From positions 32,001 to 96,000 of IMG/VR virus record IMGVR_UViG_3300047159_000040: DNA of 64,000 nucleotides, one strand, 5' to 3'. Positions 9,264-19,687 of the stretch are shown here, piece by piece. A program made the translations under genes and the position numbers. How positions within the stretch are numbered: the first letter of the stretch is position 1; every line of letters begins with the position of its first letter. The notes beneath the pieces were generated by a model. It was not told where the DNA came from, made no database searches, and worked only from the letters and a program-made list of their open reading frames with translations. This DNA comes from a virus. Lineage: Duplodnaviria > Caudoviricetes.

Positions 9264-11681
9264 ATGCCAGATATAAGGCTTCATGACATTCCTCTGGGTA
9301 CTTTCCTGAAGTATTTCACCAGCGACGATTACAGCAAAGAATCAAGCACGGCGTATTATGACAACGCCTGCGTTTTCTATAAGAAGAAGGCCGATTATAC
9401 CGTCAATTCCAAGACCGTTTCATATTACAAATACTCGATAATCTACATGCTCAGCAATAACAGCCCGTCGACGTGGATTGCACTTCCATCGAAGACAAAG
9501 GCTTATTTCAATCCTATGGTTATTGAGACGATGAGCAACTATGACTCGGTCATCGACAACGACGCCGCCCAATACAGAACCGGATCGAATGATTCCGTAT
9601 CAGTGACGACTAATCCGGATCAGGTTGACGATTCATATGCTATAGCCGTGAGCAGCAAAGCAGTCTCCGATGTCGGGAACATCTTCATGGAGTCATCTTC
9701 CATAACGCCTTTTCAGTACGAATACCTAAATCTGGACAGCGGACATTGCTATTCGCAAGTTGTTTACGACAGCTCGTCGGCTACGATATATGACGCATCC
9801 ATGCATGACTATTTCACTGACAAATCATTAGATATCATAAAGTCTGGAGTGACGATCTCCGAAATAGCCAACGGCAGCGATTACATGCCTTATAAGATCA
9901 ATGACGCCACATCATACGCTGTGTATCTGAAAGGATCCGTCATAGGAATCCTTTATAAAAACAAAGAGATCGTCATAGCGAAGCGAGATCAACTGACCGA
10001 CGCCATAAGCGTCGTCGGATCCGATGGGGTCAGCACGCTTGAGAGATATGCGGACTCTCTAAGAAAATACTCCGGAATCGGATCTGAGGAAGCCCTCTTG
10101 GCGTCAAAGCTCCTGGACGGGACGTTCGGAATGGTATATGACTATAAGTCAATGTCATTCTGCATAGGATTCGCCGAAACGGCGTCATGCCAGACGCTGT
10201 ACACGAGAAAGCCATATACCGACGATCTTGAGAAATCGGCATATCTCGGGTATCTTCCCGATGACATCGTATCAGGAGAATCAACGAACAAGTCGTACAC
10301 CAGCTACGTCAGAAACGGAATAATAGCCGTTGACTCCAGCTATGGATTCAGAGATCTTGGGTATTGCTCGTCTTATGCCTATTCAGGGGACGATATGACT
10401 TGCGTCATACCTTCGACGATCTATGTGAATTCCGGAGAGATAATCCGGATAAAAAATAAAAAATCCGGATCTGGCGTAGTCAAGGAATTCTACGGAAAGG
10501 TATCATCGATTTCGGCATCGTCGAGCAGCCAGACGATCACGCTAAGCAAAATCACCGTTGGAACCAAAGACACCTGCGACTTCGTCACGGCTAACCTTCC
10601 GCTGTCAGACATGCTTGACGTGTCCAATGAGGTAAGCAACGTAACCGTAACGACGGCTTATCAGTATGACACATCAAAGATAGCATCAGTCATGAATTAC
10701 TTCAATATATCCGGAATGGCGGCGTCATATTCAATATCGATTCCTTTTGAGTTCTCGGATATCGTGGCTTACTTCGGAACGAATGCGATACCGTCTCTTG
10801 AATCTGGATCCAGAGGCTCGCTTCTAAGCGAATACGACGTCTATCAAAGACGCGGAAACGCCATAAATGGCATCATCGATGGAAAGCTTCTCCCAGGATC
10901 CAATGGGTCATTCGCAGGAGATATTTCCTACGGCATGTCAGACAGCCTTCTAAAAATGGATATCATATGCAATGGCATAACGTCATTGCTCGAGAATGAC
11001 CAAGTCAAAACCGATTATGCGTATCCTGCGATTTTCAATAAGCTATCGACGAAATCAAATGCCGTCAAGCTTATCAAGAAAGACAGCTCTTCTTATTCGG
11101 ACTACTCCATCAAAGGTCTCAGCGATTTCGTTGCTGAGGCCAGATCGACTCCGTCTGACATGGCCGAAGCCGATCTAAAGATGCAGAAGATGAACGCCTA
11201 TGCCAGACTGTTCGATTACTACAAAGACCAAACCGATGAGGATATCAAAGGCCGCTATATTGACAGCATCGCCATGAAGAACCACTCTGAGTCAGCTAAT
11301 TCGTCAAGCATAAGCTACTCGCAGTCGGATTCCGCCGATATCAAAAAGAATTATAAGTACCAGACCAAAGACATCGCCGACATGTATGACTCGATTTCGT
11401 CGATGATAAAGTCCGCTTATTCAGAATCATACTCAGACGCTGCCACATACATGGAGTCGGATGACGGATCCGGAAAAGACGTCTCGATCAGGAAATCCTA
11501 TGAGAGATTCATCAAGTCTAAGATAACCGAGGCCATGAAGTTCAACGAGCAGTCTATAGACGAAATGTACGGAAACACGGTTCCTTACGTGTCTCTGTCC
11601 AAGATATCCGCCGATAATTTCGAATCGATCGAGAAGAAGATATTGTCAGGCGATTACAGCATCGCCATAAGAAGGGAATGA
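9264..11681 (+). CDS. Large Ser/Tyr/Asp-rich hypothetical, probably a virion protein, leaderless
   Basis: 805 aa. The ATG coincides with the predicted +1 of the late promoter at 9253-9264. Confidence 0.75.
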   Translation: MPDIRLHDIPLGTFLKYFTSDDYSKESSTAYYDNACVFYKKKADYTVNSKTVSYYKYSIIYMLSNNSPSTWIALPSKTKAYFNPMVIETMSNYDSVIDNDAAQYRTGSNDSVSVTTNPDQVDDSYAIAVSSKAVSDVGNIFMESSSITPFQYEYLNLDSGHCYSQVVYDSSSATIYDASMHDYFTDKSLDIIKSGVTISEIANGSDYMPYKINDATSYAVYLKGSVIGILYKNKEIVIAKRDQLTDAISVVGSDGVSTLERYADSLRKYSGIGSEEALLASKLLDGTFGMVYDYKSMSFCIGFAETASCQTLYTRKPYTDDLEKSAYLGYLPDDIVSGESTNKSYTSYVRNGIIAVDSSYGFRDLGYCSSYAYSGDDMTCVIPSTIYVNSGEIIRIKNKKSGSGVVKEFYGKVSSISASSSSQTITLSKITVGTKDTCDFVTANLPLSDMLDVSNEVSNVTVTTAYQYDTSKIASVMNYFNISGMAASYSISIPFEFSDIVAYFGTNAIPSLESGSRGSLLSEYDVYQRRGNAINGIIDGKLLPGSNGSFAGDISYGMSDSLLKMDIICNGITSLLENDQVKTDYAYPAIFNKLSTKSNAVKLIKKDSSSYSDYSIKGLSDFVAEARSTPSDMAEADLKMQKMNAYARLFDYYKDQTDEDIKGRYIDSIAMKNHSESANSSSISYSQSDSADIKKNYKYQTKDIADMYDSISSMIKSAYSESYSDAATYMESDDGSGKDVSIRKSYERFIKSKITEAMKFNEQSIDEMYGNTVPYVSLSKISADNFESIEKKILSGDYSIAIRRE

Positions 11682-11682
11682 C

Positions 11683-11907
11683 ATGGCAAGCACCGTAAGC
11701 ACAACCGCGACTTCAACAACAGGATCATCTTCCACCAAAACGACCGCCGATTACATCGCGGACTATAAAACGGCTTGCAGCGACATGATAGACTCAGCCA
11801 GGGATTATATGTCCGAATATTCGTCCTATTGCACGAAGTCAGGAAAAGACGTCAAGTCGCTTAAGACGAAGATGAAAGAGAAGATAGCCAGAGGAATCTC
11901 GCAATGA
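11683..11907 (+). CDS. Small Ser/Thr-rich hypothetical protein
   Basis: Tightly packed between neighbouring ORFs. Confidence 0.6.
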   Translation: MASTVSTTATSTTGSSSTKTTADYIADYKTACSDMIDSARDYMSEYSSYCTKSGKDVKSLKTKMKEKIARGISQ

Positions 11908-12566
11908 ATATAAACACCCTTAAGCAATCTATCGTTTCTTATTACGCGGCATCAAATGCCTTCGCCGATGACGAATATTCCGATCAAGACAGAATATTGT
12001 CTTCGTGCATGATGTTCGAATATGCCATGCGGGTGTCGGAATCAGGAAAGTCAGCCACCGCAAGCGATGTCGTTTCGTCATATGCCGACACCTTCTCTGG
12101 AAAGATAATCGATATGCGAGACAGCAGCACCGGATACTGGGAAGCCGCCGACTCATTGAAATCAACTGGGAAAGATGACTTCCTTCAGCTAAACAGCGCC
12201 GAGATATCCAACATATGCGCCATTCTGTCAAACAGCGTGGCAAAAGCTCCGTTCTCCATAAGCAAGTTCGACGAGACCACATACGGATTCTCCGATCTTC
12301 CGATCGACAAGATCTCTTATCTGAATTCGATGCACAACTCGGTAATGGCCACGATAGCGAAGTACTTCGTGTTTTACTTCGGAATAAAAGAATCGGATGT
12401 CCATATCGACTATGCCAGCGATGGGATGTACCCTGGAAGGGAGATCTGGTTCCATATCGATGGGATAAGCCTTCCTAAGATCATCAGATCGATACGGAAT
12501 GACATCGGAATAAGCTTATTCTCATATGAGATAAGATCTGGGTCGATACGGGTGATCGCAGCATAG
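11904..12566 (+). CDS. Hypothetical protein
   Basis: 220 aa, ATGA overlap with the previous gene. Confidence 0.7.
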   Translation: MNINTLKQSIVSYYAASNAFADDEYSDQDRILSSCMMFEYAMRVSESGKSATASDVVSSYADTFSGKIIDMRDSSTGYWEAADSLKSTGKDDFLQLNSAEISNICAILSNSVAKAPFSISKFDETTYGFSDLPIDKISYLNSMHNSVMATIAKYFVFYFGIKESDVHIDYASDGMYPGREIWFHIDGISLPKIIRSIRNDIGISLFSYEIRSGSIRVIAA

Positions 12567-12608
12567 AAAAAGCGGAATGCCGAAGCACTCCGCTTTATTT
12601 TATTTTTT
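12567..12608. terminator. Bidirectional terminator
   Basis: AAAGCGGAATGC-CGAA-GCACTCCGCTTT hairpin with A/T tracts. Confidence 0.65.
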
Positions 12609-13778
12609 CGGAGACGCCGATATCGACGGAGGCATAAGCTCTGTTATGTCCGTTGGGGCTGAGCTGATCTGAGACAGCTTCTTCGCCTTACCGCTTTCGA
12701 CGTCTTTGATGGCCTGCTCAGGAACGGCATCTTGCTGAGCCTGAGCCGGAACGGCGTATTTCGCATTAAGACGGCGCAGGATCTGATCCCAGGTTTCGAT
12801 CTCCGATTCGAATCCGCAGGACGATCTTGCGATCTGTCTCTCGGTGTCTTTGAGATCAAGCACCTCGTTATGGGCGCATCTTTCGAACGCATCCTGATAC
12901 TTCAGGACGAAGTCATAGAAGATCTTCTCGTCTTCCTCGCGAAGCTTGGCGGCTTCCGGATCTGGGTTGTTCCAGAATGGGCATTGCAGCAAGTAATAGA
13001 CGTAGAACATCGCCCCGATGACGTGAAGATCGCGTCCAGGGGTATGGCGTCTGTCGTATTCGGCGACGAGAAGCTCGGTCGATTTGATGAGCTCCGGGAT
13101 CGCTTCCATGAGGAATCCGAACTTCGATTTGCGCTTGGTTGTGCTGTTCGGGTTATAGACCCAGACATACGTCGCGCATTCGAACATGATCTGATCCTTG
13201 GTGCATGCCAAGACGAGGGAATTGTAATAGGAGTCCTCATGATGGCGAAGCTCTTTCGGGAATCTGAAGTTGCCTTCGACGAGGAATTGACGCCTCCAGA
13301 ATCTGCCATGGAGGAACGTGTTGTCGGGATTGTGCCGATAGAAAACGGTGTCTCCGGTTTTGGGATCGATGATCTGCTCGATGAAATACGAGTTGACGAT
13401 GTCGTGGAAGCTGTCTTGATTCTTGACGAACTGCTGGAATTCGCGCATCTCGGTGATCGTGCAAAGGCAGTCGTCCGCATCGACGAAGAACACATAATCT
13501 GCATGCGATGCGTCGATTCCGTCTTGCCGCATGGTTCCAGGACCGCAGTCTTCAGTGCGGATGATCTGGGTGAAAGTCGTTCCTGAAATGTTGTTGCGGA
13601 ACTGATCAAGATACTTCTCGCTGACGGGATCGCCTCCGCCGTCGGTAACGAGGATGACCCCAAGGGTCTTGTATTTGATTCCGATCTGAGACGCAAGCAT
13701 GGAGAAGAGGCCGAACATCTGAGCCTCGGTCTCTTTGTAATGCGGGATGATGACGTCAATCGTAGGTGTGTCTGCCAT
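12600..13778 (-). CDS. Glycosyltransferase family 2 (GT-A fold)
   Basis: IDVIIPHY, ILVTDG, GPG..RQ.GI, VFFVDADD (DxD), and the HEDSYY acceptor motif. Confidence 0.9.
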   Translation of the reverse strand: MADTPTIDVIIPHYKETEAQMFGLFSMLASQIGIKYKTLGVILVTDGGGDPVSEKYLDQFRNNISGTTFTQIIRTEDCGPGTMRQDGIDASHADYVFFVDADDCLCTITEMREFQQFVKNQDSFHDIVNSYFIEQIIDPKTGDTVFYRHNPDNTFLHGRFWRRQFLVEGNFRFPKELRHHEDSYYNSLVLACTKDQIMFECATYVWVYNPNSTTKRKSKFGFLMEAIPELIKSTELLVAEYDRRHTPGRDLHVIGAMFYVYYLLQCPFWNNPDPEAAKLREEDEKIFYDFVLKYQDAFERCAHNEVLDLKDTERQIARSSCGFESEIETWDQILRRLNAKYAVPAQAQQDAVPEQAIKDVESGKAKKLSQISSAPTDITELMPPSISASPKK

Positions 13779-13815
13779 TAAATTAGTCCTTCTTCAAAGA
13801 TATTCTAATCTTCGC

Positions 13816-14577
13816 CTATTTCGTTTGCAACGGGAAGATTTTATTTATTTTTTCCGCATATAGGCGATTCTGCTCGTCGGTGAGCTTCGGATCCTGCATG
13901 AGGATCTCAAGGCGGGAGACCACGTTGTCGGCGAACAGCTCGCAGTTCTCTTTGCGTTTGCGGCGAAGGCAGCATTCCTCAAACGAATGGAAGAAATCAT
14001 GGATTCTCGGGATGATCGTGACGAGGGCGTCCTCATGCGATTTGATCGCCGAATAATCAAGCCCTTTGACGATTCCGGATTCGACGAACTTCTTGGTGTC
14101 GTAGAAATCTGGCTTTGAGAAAGGGGAAGCCGCCATCTTGGCGATGACGTTCAATTCCTTGGCCTCGACGACTTGGGTGTGAGCCTGGCGCTTCGAAGGA
14201 TCCTTTCCTCCATTCTTGAGCAGGCTTGCCTTGGCCACCGAATACGTGGCGTCCAGAGACTGAAGCCTGAACATCCACGCATTGATCGGCATTGGGTTTG
14301 ACTTGCCTTTCGGATCGAGGATGAGATCGGGATTCTCTTTCTTGAATTCTTCGAATCCGGAAACGCTGCGATTGGAGATGATGTAGTACATCTCCGTTTG
14401 CTGGGCGGCGTTCATCGCCGGAATGAATCTTCGAAGTCTGAGAACCGCGCTCATGGCTTTGTCTCCATCGTCTTCTTTGTCGATCTTCTCCAAGAAATCG
14501 ACGAGCTTGAAAAAGACGTCCGAGGACAGATCTTTCAATTTGTCGCTATTGGCTGGATTAGGATTTTGTTGTTCCAT
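13816..14577 (-). CDS. Hypothetical protein
   Basis: Likely start MEQQN at 14577, just after the stop of the upstream gene. Confidence 0.7.
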   Translation of the reverse strand: MEQQNPNPANSDKLKDLSSDVFFKLVDFLEKIDKEDDGDKAMSAVLRLRRFIPAMNAAQQTEMYYIISNRSVSGFEEFKKENPDLILDPKGKSNPMPINAWMFRLQSLDATYSVAKASLLKNGGKDPSKRQAHTQVVEAKELNVIAKMAASPFSKPDFYDTKKFVESGIVKGLDYSAIKSHEDALVTIIPRIHDFFHSFEECCLRRKRKENCELFADNVVSRLEILMQDPKLTDEQNRLYAEKINKIFPLQTK

Positions 14578-14581
14578 TGGA

Positions 14582-15427
14582 TTACCCCGCGATGCTGAGA
14601 TCATCGAGAATGACCATTCTCAGGTCGTTCTTGAAGTTAGAGAACGCCGACGGATCATTGAGCACGGACAGATAGAGATCAGCCGCATCCTGGTCGTCGA
14701 CGATGGCGATTCCGGATCCGTAGTTGTCCAGGAGCTCGAGCAGCCTGGAATTGTACTCTTCGTACATATCCATGTTGGCGATCTGGTGGAATAGATCGGT
14801 TCCGCTGTCGATATTCGATTTGATGTCGTCGACCATCTCAGGCATGAAGTGGATGAGGATGGCCAGATCATAGTTCTTGAACTTCTTCTTGTCTTGCTGC
14901 ATGAAGAGGTCGTCGACGTACTCAGAGCTCTGGGAGATCGTCTTATAGCGGTCGATGAACTCGTCTTCGCGCTCTTCGAGCTTGGATCTGAAGTAGTCCA
15001 GGAGATTCTGATAGTTGCGGACGAAGAAGAACTCATAGAGGGTTTCGAGATGATCGAGGGTGTCTTCGGTTGAAACGATGCTGAGATCATCGCCGGTGCA
15101 GACGGCGTATTTCTTGCGGAGGCCGTCATTGACAAGCGAAGCGAGCTCGGCGACGTCGTCTTTCATCGCCGCGAGCTCATCGTCTCCGGCACCATTGGCC
15201 AAACGGAGATACTTCTCTTTGAAGTTGGTGACGTAGTTGATTCTTGTGTTGGTCGGAGTTTTCTCGTCGATGATGTCCGAGATGTTGTCAAAGATGATGT
15301 CTTTTGACAGCTCATCCTCGATATTGAGGATCCTGGTGGCCGTGTCATAAACCTCGGTGTCAAGATACGTGCTCGCATAGCTCTTATTGGTAGGAATAGC
15401 CGATTCGGATTTGTTTTCTTCTTCCAT
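14582..15427 (-). CDS. Acidic hypothetical protein downstream of terminase
   Basis: 281 aa with a GAGG RBS. Confidence 0.75.
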   Translation of the reverse strand: MEEENKSESAIPTNKSYASTYLDTEVYDTATRILNIEDELSKDIIFDNISDIIDEKTPTNTRINYVTNFKEKYLRLANGAGDDELAAMKDDVAELASLVNDGLRKKYAVCTGDDLSIVSTEDTLDHLETLYEFFFVRNYQNLLDYFRSKLEEREDEFIDRYKTISQSSEYVDDLFMQQDKKKFKNYDLAILIHFMPEMVDDIKSNIDSGTDLFHQIANMDMYEEYNSRLLELLDNYGSGIAIVDDQDAADLYLSVLNDPSAFSNFKNDLRMVILDDLSIAG

Positions 15428-15467
15428 GGCAGATTGCCCTCTATGATGGATTTATTTAATTATTTCC

Positions 15468-17462
15468 CTAATTATTGTCGTCGTTGCCGTTCATGTCGCA
15501 GATCGATCTGAAGAACGATGAGTCATCGCTGGATTTGTCAGGTCCTTTCTTTGAGGCGGCTAAGTCGGAGTTGATCTTATGCTGGTCTTCGACGATAGCC
15601 TGAGACCAGTATCCTCCGAGCGATCCTCCAGCCATGACGTTCTCGTTCTGGATGATCGTTTTGACCATTGCCCTTGAGTCAGCCGATCCGGCTCCTCTGG
15701 CATTGGCTTCGGTTGCGATGGCGCTGATATGATAAAGCTTCTGGAAGTTCTGGCCGTACTGAAGGGCGTATCTGAAAATAAGATAGCTCATCAAAACGTC
15801 GTCGTGCTCGCCGGTGGCAGCCTCTATCTTGCCATTGCGCCCTCTGGCTAGGTTCTTGATGTCGTCGTACAGCCATGGCGAGACGATCTTGTCGTATTCG
15901 TCAGCGACGATTCCTCCAAGAAGATCATACATCGCCGCACGGGACTCTTTCGTAGTATCGACGCCATAGACGATCGTCTTGGTCTTTCTCTTGACGGTCA
16001 ATCCGCTGACCTGGGTCTTCTCGGCTTGCTTATCCTTGGTCTCGCGATAAATTCGCGGCTCAAGCTCCGGGTCTTTGATCAGAGCGTCCAGAATATTAAG
16101 TCCATAGCTGTTCTTTTCGACAACCAATATCGCATGATTGAAGAAAAGCTTCATCAGAGTCTTTATGAGATTCTTGAACTCTTCGGTGTCGATTCTCGAG
16201 TTCTTGAAGCATCCGACCATATGGAAATCAATCGGGCTTATGATCGAGATAACCGAGTTATCTTGAGAAAGTCCGCCCGATACGTCGCAGCTAAGGATGT
16301 AGTTCATCGACAGATCCGGATCTTCGTAGAATTCGATTCCGTATCCGCTTACGTTAAGATGAAGCTTCGGCTGTTTGACATAGTGATAGATCCTATCAAG
16401 CTGGTCTTCTGAGAAGACGTTGTTGACGTCGGTCTTCGGCCATTCGAGAAGGAAGTCTCTCTTGAGAATGAACGTGTCGTTGAGCTCACGGGCCTTGGCT
16501 TGGATCCAAGTCTCGGAGTATCCGAGCGCCTTATAATCGTACTCTATATAGACGATATCGTTGCTTGATGTCTTCTTGATGTAATCCTCAAGCTCGGCAT
16601 CGGTCATGTCGTACATTCTCTCGTCGAATCTGGCCGAGCTTCCGATGATCGTGTTCTTGACGTATTCGCCAGTCGATCCCTTATAGATGTTTCCAGGGGT
16701 CGTCGTGATCGATATGCCGCGAGGGCCGCCAGTGCTCTTGGCTATTTCAGCTGCCTTAGACCAAGCCGGGACTGCCGCGCCCCAAATGGTCTTATTGTGC
16801 GCCATGAAGGCGATTTCGTCGAGATAAAGAAACGGGACGGTAAGTCCGCGTCCGATCTTATCCGCCATCTCATCGCTTGAGGCCGATGCCTTGCATACCA
16901 TGACGTTATTTAGTTTGGCGGTGCGCTTAGACTCCATGTTATCCGTGTCGCTGTCGCTTCCGACTATGGCAAGAAGCCATTTGGGGAGCAACTCGCGGAT
17001 GTCCTTATAGCGTCTAAGGTTCTCCAAGGCGTTGTCGCTTTGCTTGTTGAGATAGACGAAAGTGCTGTTCTCGGCTCCGAAGTTCATCAGCCAAGTGTCG
17101 TAGGCGATCGTGCCGATGGTCTTTCCTGCCTGACGCATGAGAATGGCTATGAAGTTTATGCTCTTCCATTTGCAGAAGCTGATCGCAAGGTTTCCCAAAT
17201 TAAGGCCGTATCGGGATCCGCCTGTTACGTTAGGCTGAGGTATTCTGACTACTTCCCTTAGATAATACCAAGGATTTCTGATGATCTCGTTGAAGATCTT
17301 GACTTGCTGCTCCATCGTGAGATTCGCAGAGAAAGGATCAACTCCGACAAGAGAGCTGTCATACAAGGCAAGCATGAATTTGTTGTTATTGATGCCCTTT
17401 AGTCTGAGAACCTTCGAGACTTCGAGGAACGATAAGTTTTTGGTTGTTGTGTCGTAAATCAT
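15468..17462 (-). CDS. terL: Terminase large subunit
   Basis: Walker A RQAGKT, Walker B YLDEIAF, coupling motif ITTTP, and RNase H-like nuclease motifs SCDVSGG, VVEKN and HDDVLMS. Confidence 0.95.
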   Translation of the reverse strand: MIYDTTTKNLSFLEVSKVLRLKGINNNKFMLALYDSSLVGVDPFSANLTMEQQVKIFNEIIRNPWYYLREVVRIPQPNVTGGSRYGLNLGNLAISFCKWKSINFIAILMRQAGKTIGTIAYDTWLMNFGAENSTFVYLNKQSDNALENLRRYKDIRELLPKWLLAIVGSDSDTDNMESKRTAKLNNVMVCKASASSDEMADKIGRGLTVPFLYLDEIAFMAHNKTIWGAAVPAWSKAAEIAKSTGGPRGISITTTPGNIYKGSTGEYVKNTIIGSSARFDERMYDMTDAELEDYIKKTSSNDIVYIEYDYKALGYSETWIQAKARELNDTFILKRDFLLEWPKTDVNNVFSEDQLDRIYHYVKQPKLHLNVSGYGIEFYEDPDLSMNYILSCDVSGGLSQDNSVISIISPIDFHMVGCFKNSRIDTEEFKNLIKTLMKLFFNHAILVVEKNSYGLNILDALIKDPELEPRIYRETKDKQAEKTQVSGLTVKRKTKTIVYGVDTTKESRAAMYDLLGGIVADEYDKIVSPWLYDDIKNLARGRNGKIEAATGEHDDVLMSYLIFRYALQYGQNFQKLYHISAIATEANARGAGSADSRAMVKTIIQNENVMAGGSLGGYWSQAIVEDQHKINSDLAASKKGPDKSSDDSSFFRSICDMNGNDDNN

Positions 17463-17630
17463 GATGTTTGTCCGAAAATTATTTTTATTTCGGCGTGGCT
17501 AATGATTTGTTGAAGCCATTTTAGCCAAAAATGTAGATCCCGACCCCTCCGCCTGACGAACAATTGATTATAGAAAATCGGCGAATTCCCATGATTGGGC
17601 CATCGCAAGATATCCGGAGGACCAGATATA

Positions 17631-19613
17631 ATGTCAAATACATACACGTTTCCGCATGTGAATGTCACTTCTTACGCGAAGATTCACGCAGCGGCCGAAG
17701 CCGAGGAGAGCACTGCAACCACGATGTTCGCTCCGTTCGTTTCGTCAAAAGGACCGGAGAACACCATCGTCAAAGTGGCCACTTATTCCGACTTCGTTTC
17801 GATGTTCGGAACCCTGGATTTCAAAGATCAGGGGCAAATGGTTCTCAATATCGGCCAGTGGCTCACCGGAGGCGGAGTCGTATACGCTTATCGTATGACG
17901 AAGGCCGCGACGAGCTATACCGCCGACCTTGAATGCAAGAAAGAGAAGAATACCAGCGGCGCAACCGTTTTCAATTATTATGCCGAGGTCAATGACAGCA
18001 GCACTTCGATTCAGATCAGCGGAATCGGAATCGGCCTTAAGCTGCATTCCGAAAGCGCTGATGCGATTCCTTATCTCACTTATACGATAATCGAGTCCGG
18101 ATCTTCTTCTGACACTGGCATAGTCGCCGGGTCTGTCGGAGTGAAAACCACCGACGACTCTTATAGCACGAAGCTTTCCGCTCTTTACGTGTCGCTCGGA
18201 GAAAGCGAAGGAACCACCGGAGAAACGGCTGCTTCATCAACCAACTATGGCGTTTCGCAAATCAAGATAAGAAACAGCAAATACTACCTCATCTTGAACA
18301 ACGAGTCGATCTTAAGGGATACCAATGTGTCGGTTTCCGATGCCATAAGCGCCAAGCTTGCCATCACGACTGGAACTGATGTCTTGGTCGGAGGAGTTGA
18401 TTCTGGAATCAAAGTCCTCGCCGATGGGATCAAAGCTTCAGGAACCTGCTACGACTATATCACTAAGGCCGCCAGAAAGGATACCATCACCGCCAAGTAC
18501 AGCGGAACGTATTACAACGGAGTGAGCGTTCGCATCATCGGAACGTCTGACACCGCGATGACAATTTACGTCTACGTCAATGGAAGCGACTATCCTGTCG
18601 AATCGTATAAGGGAATCACCAAAGACACCTTATACAAAGTCAGCGACGCATCCGATTATGTCGGAGCGATCAAACTTGATTCCACCACCGGAATAACCAC
18701 GAGCCTCTCGATCAAAGCCGACTTGTCTGGAGGAACCGATATCAGCTACAGCGAGGATCTCATGATCAGCGCCGTCGAAGAAGGACTTAAGTCAAGGCTT
18801 GAGACTCCTGTCGACGTGTTCCTCGATCCTGGATATTCGTTCGACTCCAAGATTCGCCTTATCGACGAATTCTGCGGAACGACCGATACCACCGCCCCAA
18901 GAGATGATGTCACGCTCGTCTTGTCTGAATACGCCTATGATCTGACCGACGGATCCATGAAAGACGCGATGTCGTCATTCAGCTGGCCTACTTCATATGA
19001 CGGAGTCATCATGGATTACACCAACTGCTCGATGTACGATCAGTATCTCGTGGTCGTCGATAAATACTCTGCTTCTCAAGGAAGCGAGGTTTACGTGACT
19101 CCGACTTATTTCCTTGCCAATCTTCTTCCGTACAACGACGCGGTCTATGGACTGCAATGGCCGACCGCCGGGCTTTCGAGAGGAGTCCTTCCGAACAGCG
19201 ATGTGAAAGCCATCAATGCCGTTTTATCAAACGCCGAGAAGCAATCTGACTTCGATTCCGCCATCAACTACATCGAAAAAGATTCTCGCCATTATGCGTT
19301 TATGTGCCAGAGAACCGGAGTTCAGGACAATACAGCTCTTCAGTATCTCAACAACGCCCGTGTCCTCAAGAGAATGGCGCGTGAGCTTGATTCCCTCGCA
19401 AGAGGATATCTGCACGAGTTCCTCGACGCCGAGACCATTCAGATCGTCAACAAGACTCTCAATAACTACGTCGCTAACTGGGTTTCCAACAGAACTCTTA
19501 CTTATGGCAACGTAAGCGTCGCTGCCGAAGGTGACAACGCCTTGGGAATCGATTTGGATGTCAAGTTCGCAGGAACCATCGAGCTCATCAATGTCAGAAT
19601 CGTCGTCGAATAG
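17631..19613 (+). CDS. Contractile tail sheath protein
   Basis: N-terminal FPHVNV..SSKGPEN...FVSMFG and C-terminal RVLKRMAREL...FLDAET motifs typical of sheath proteins. GGAGG RBS before the ATG at 17631. Confidence 0.9.
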   Translation: MSNTYTFPHVNVTSYAKIHAAAEAEESTATTMFAPFVSSKGPENTIVKVATYSDFVSMFGTLDFKDQGQMVLNIGQWLTGGGVVYAYRMTKAATSYTADLECKKEKNTSGATVFNYYAEVNDSSTSIQISGIGIGLKLHSESADAIPYLTYTIIESGSSSDTGIVAGSVGVKTTDDSYSTKLSALYVSLGESEGTTGETAASSTNYGVSQIKIRNSKYYLILNNESILRDTNVSVSDAISAKLAITTGTDVLVGGVDSGIKVLADGIKASGTCYDYITKAARKDTITAKYSGTYYNGVSVRIIGTSDTAMTIYVYVNGSDYPVESYKGITKDTLYKVSDASDYVGAIKLDSTTGITTSLSIKADLSGGTDISYSEDLMISAVEEGLKSRLETPVDVFLDPGYSFDSKIRLIDEFCGTTDTTAPRDDVTLVLSEYAYDLTDGSMKDAMSSFSWPTSYDGVIMDYTNCSMYDQYLVVVDKYSASQGSEVYVTPTYFLANLLPYNDAVYGLQWPTAGLSRGVLPNSDVKAINAVLSNAEKQSDFDSAINYIEKDSRHYAFMCQRTGVQDNTALQYLNNARVLKRMARELDSLARGYLHEFLDAETIQIVNKTLNNYVANWVSNRTLTYGNVSVAAEGDNALGIDLDVKFAGTIELINVRIVVE

Positions 19614-19687
19614 TCGATTTCTGGCTTGAACAAGAGATTATACGCGCACTTTATTAATGTTTAGCTATTTCATCGGAGGCATCGACA

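Noticed and set aside
15468-17462. Intein or group I intron in terminase or the RNAP genes
   Set aside because: Motif spacing and lengths are normal, with no splice-junction or LAGLIDADG motifs seen.
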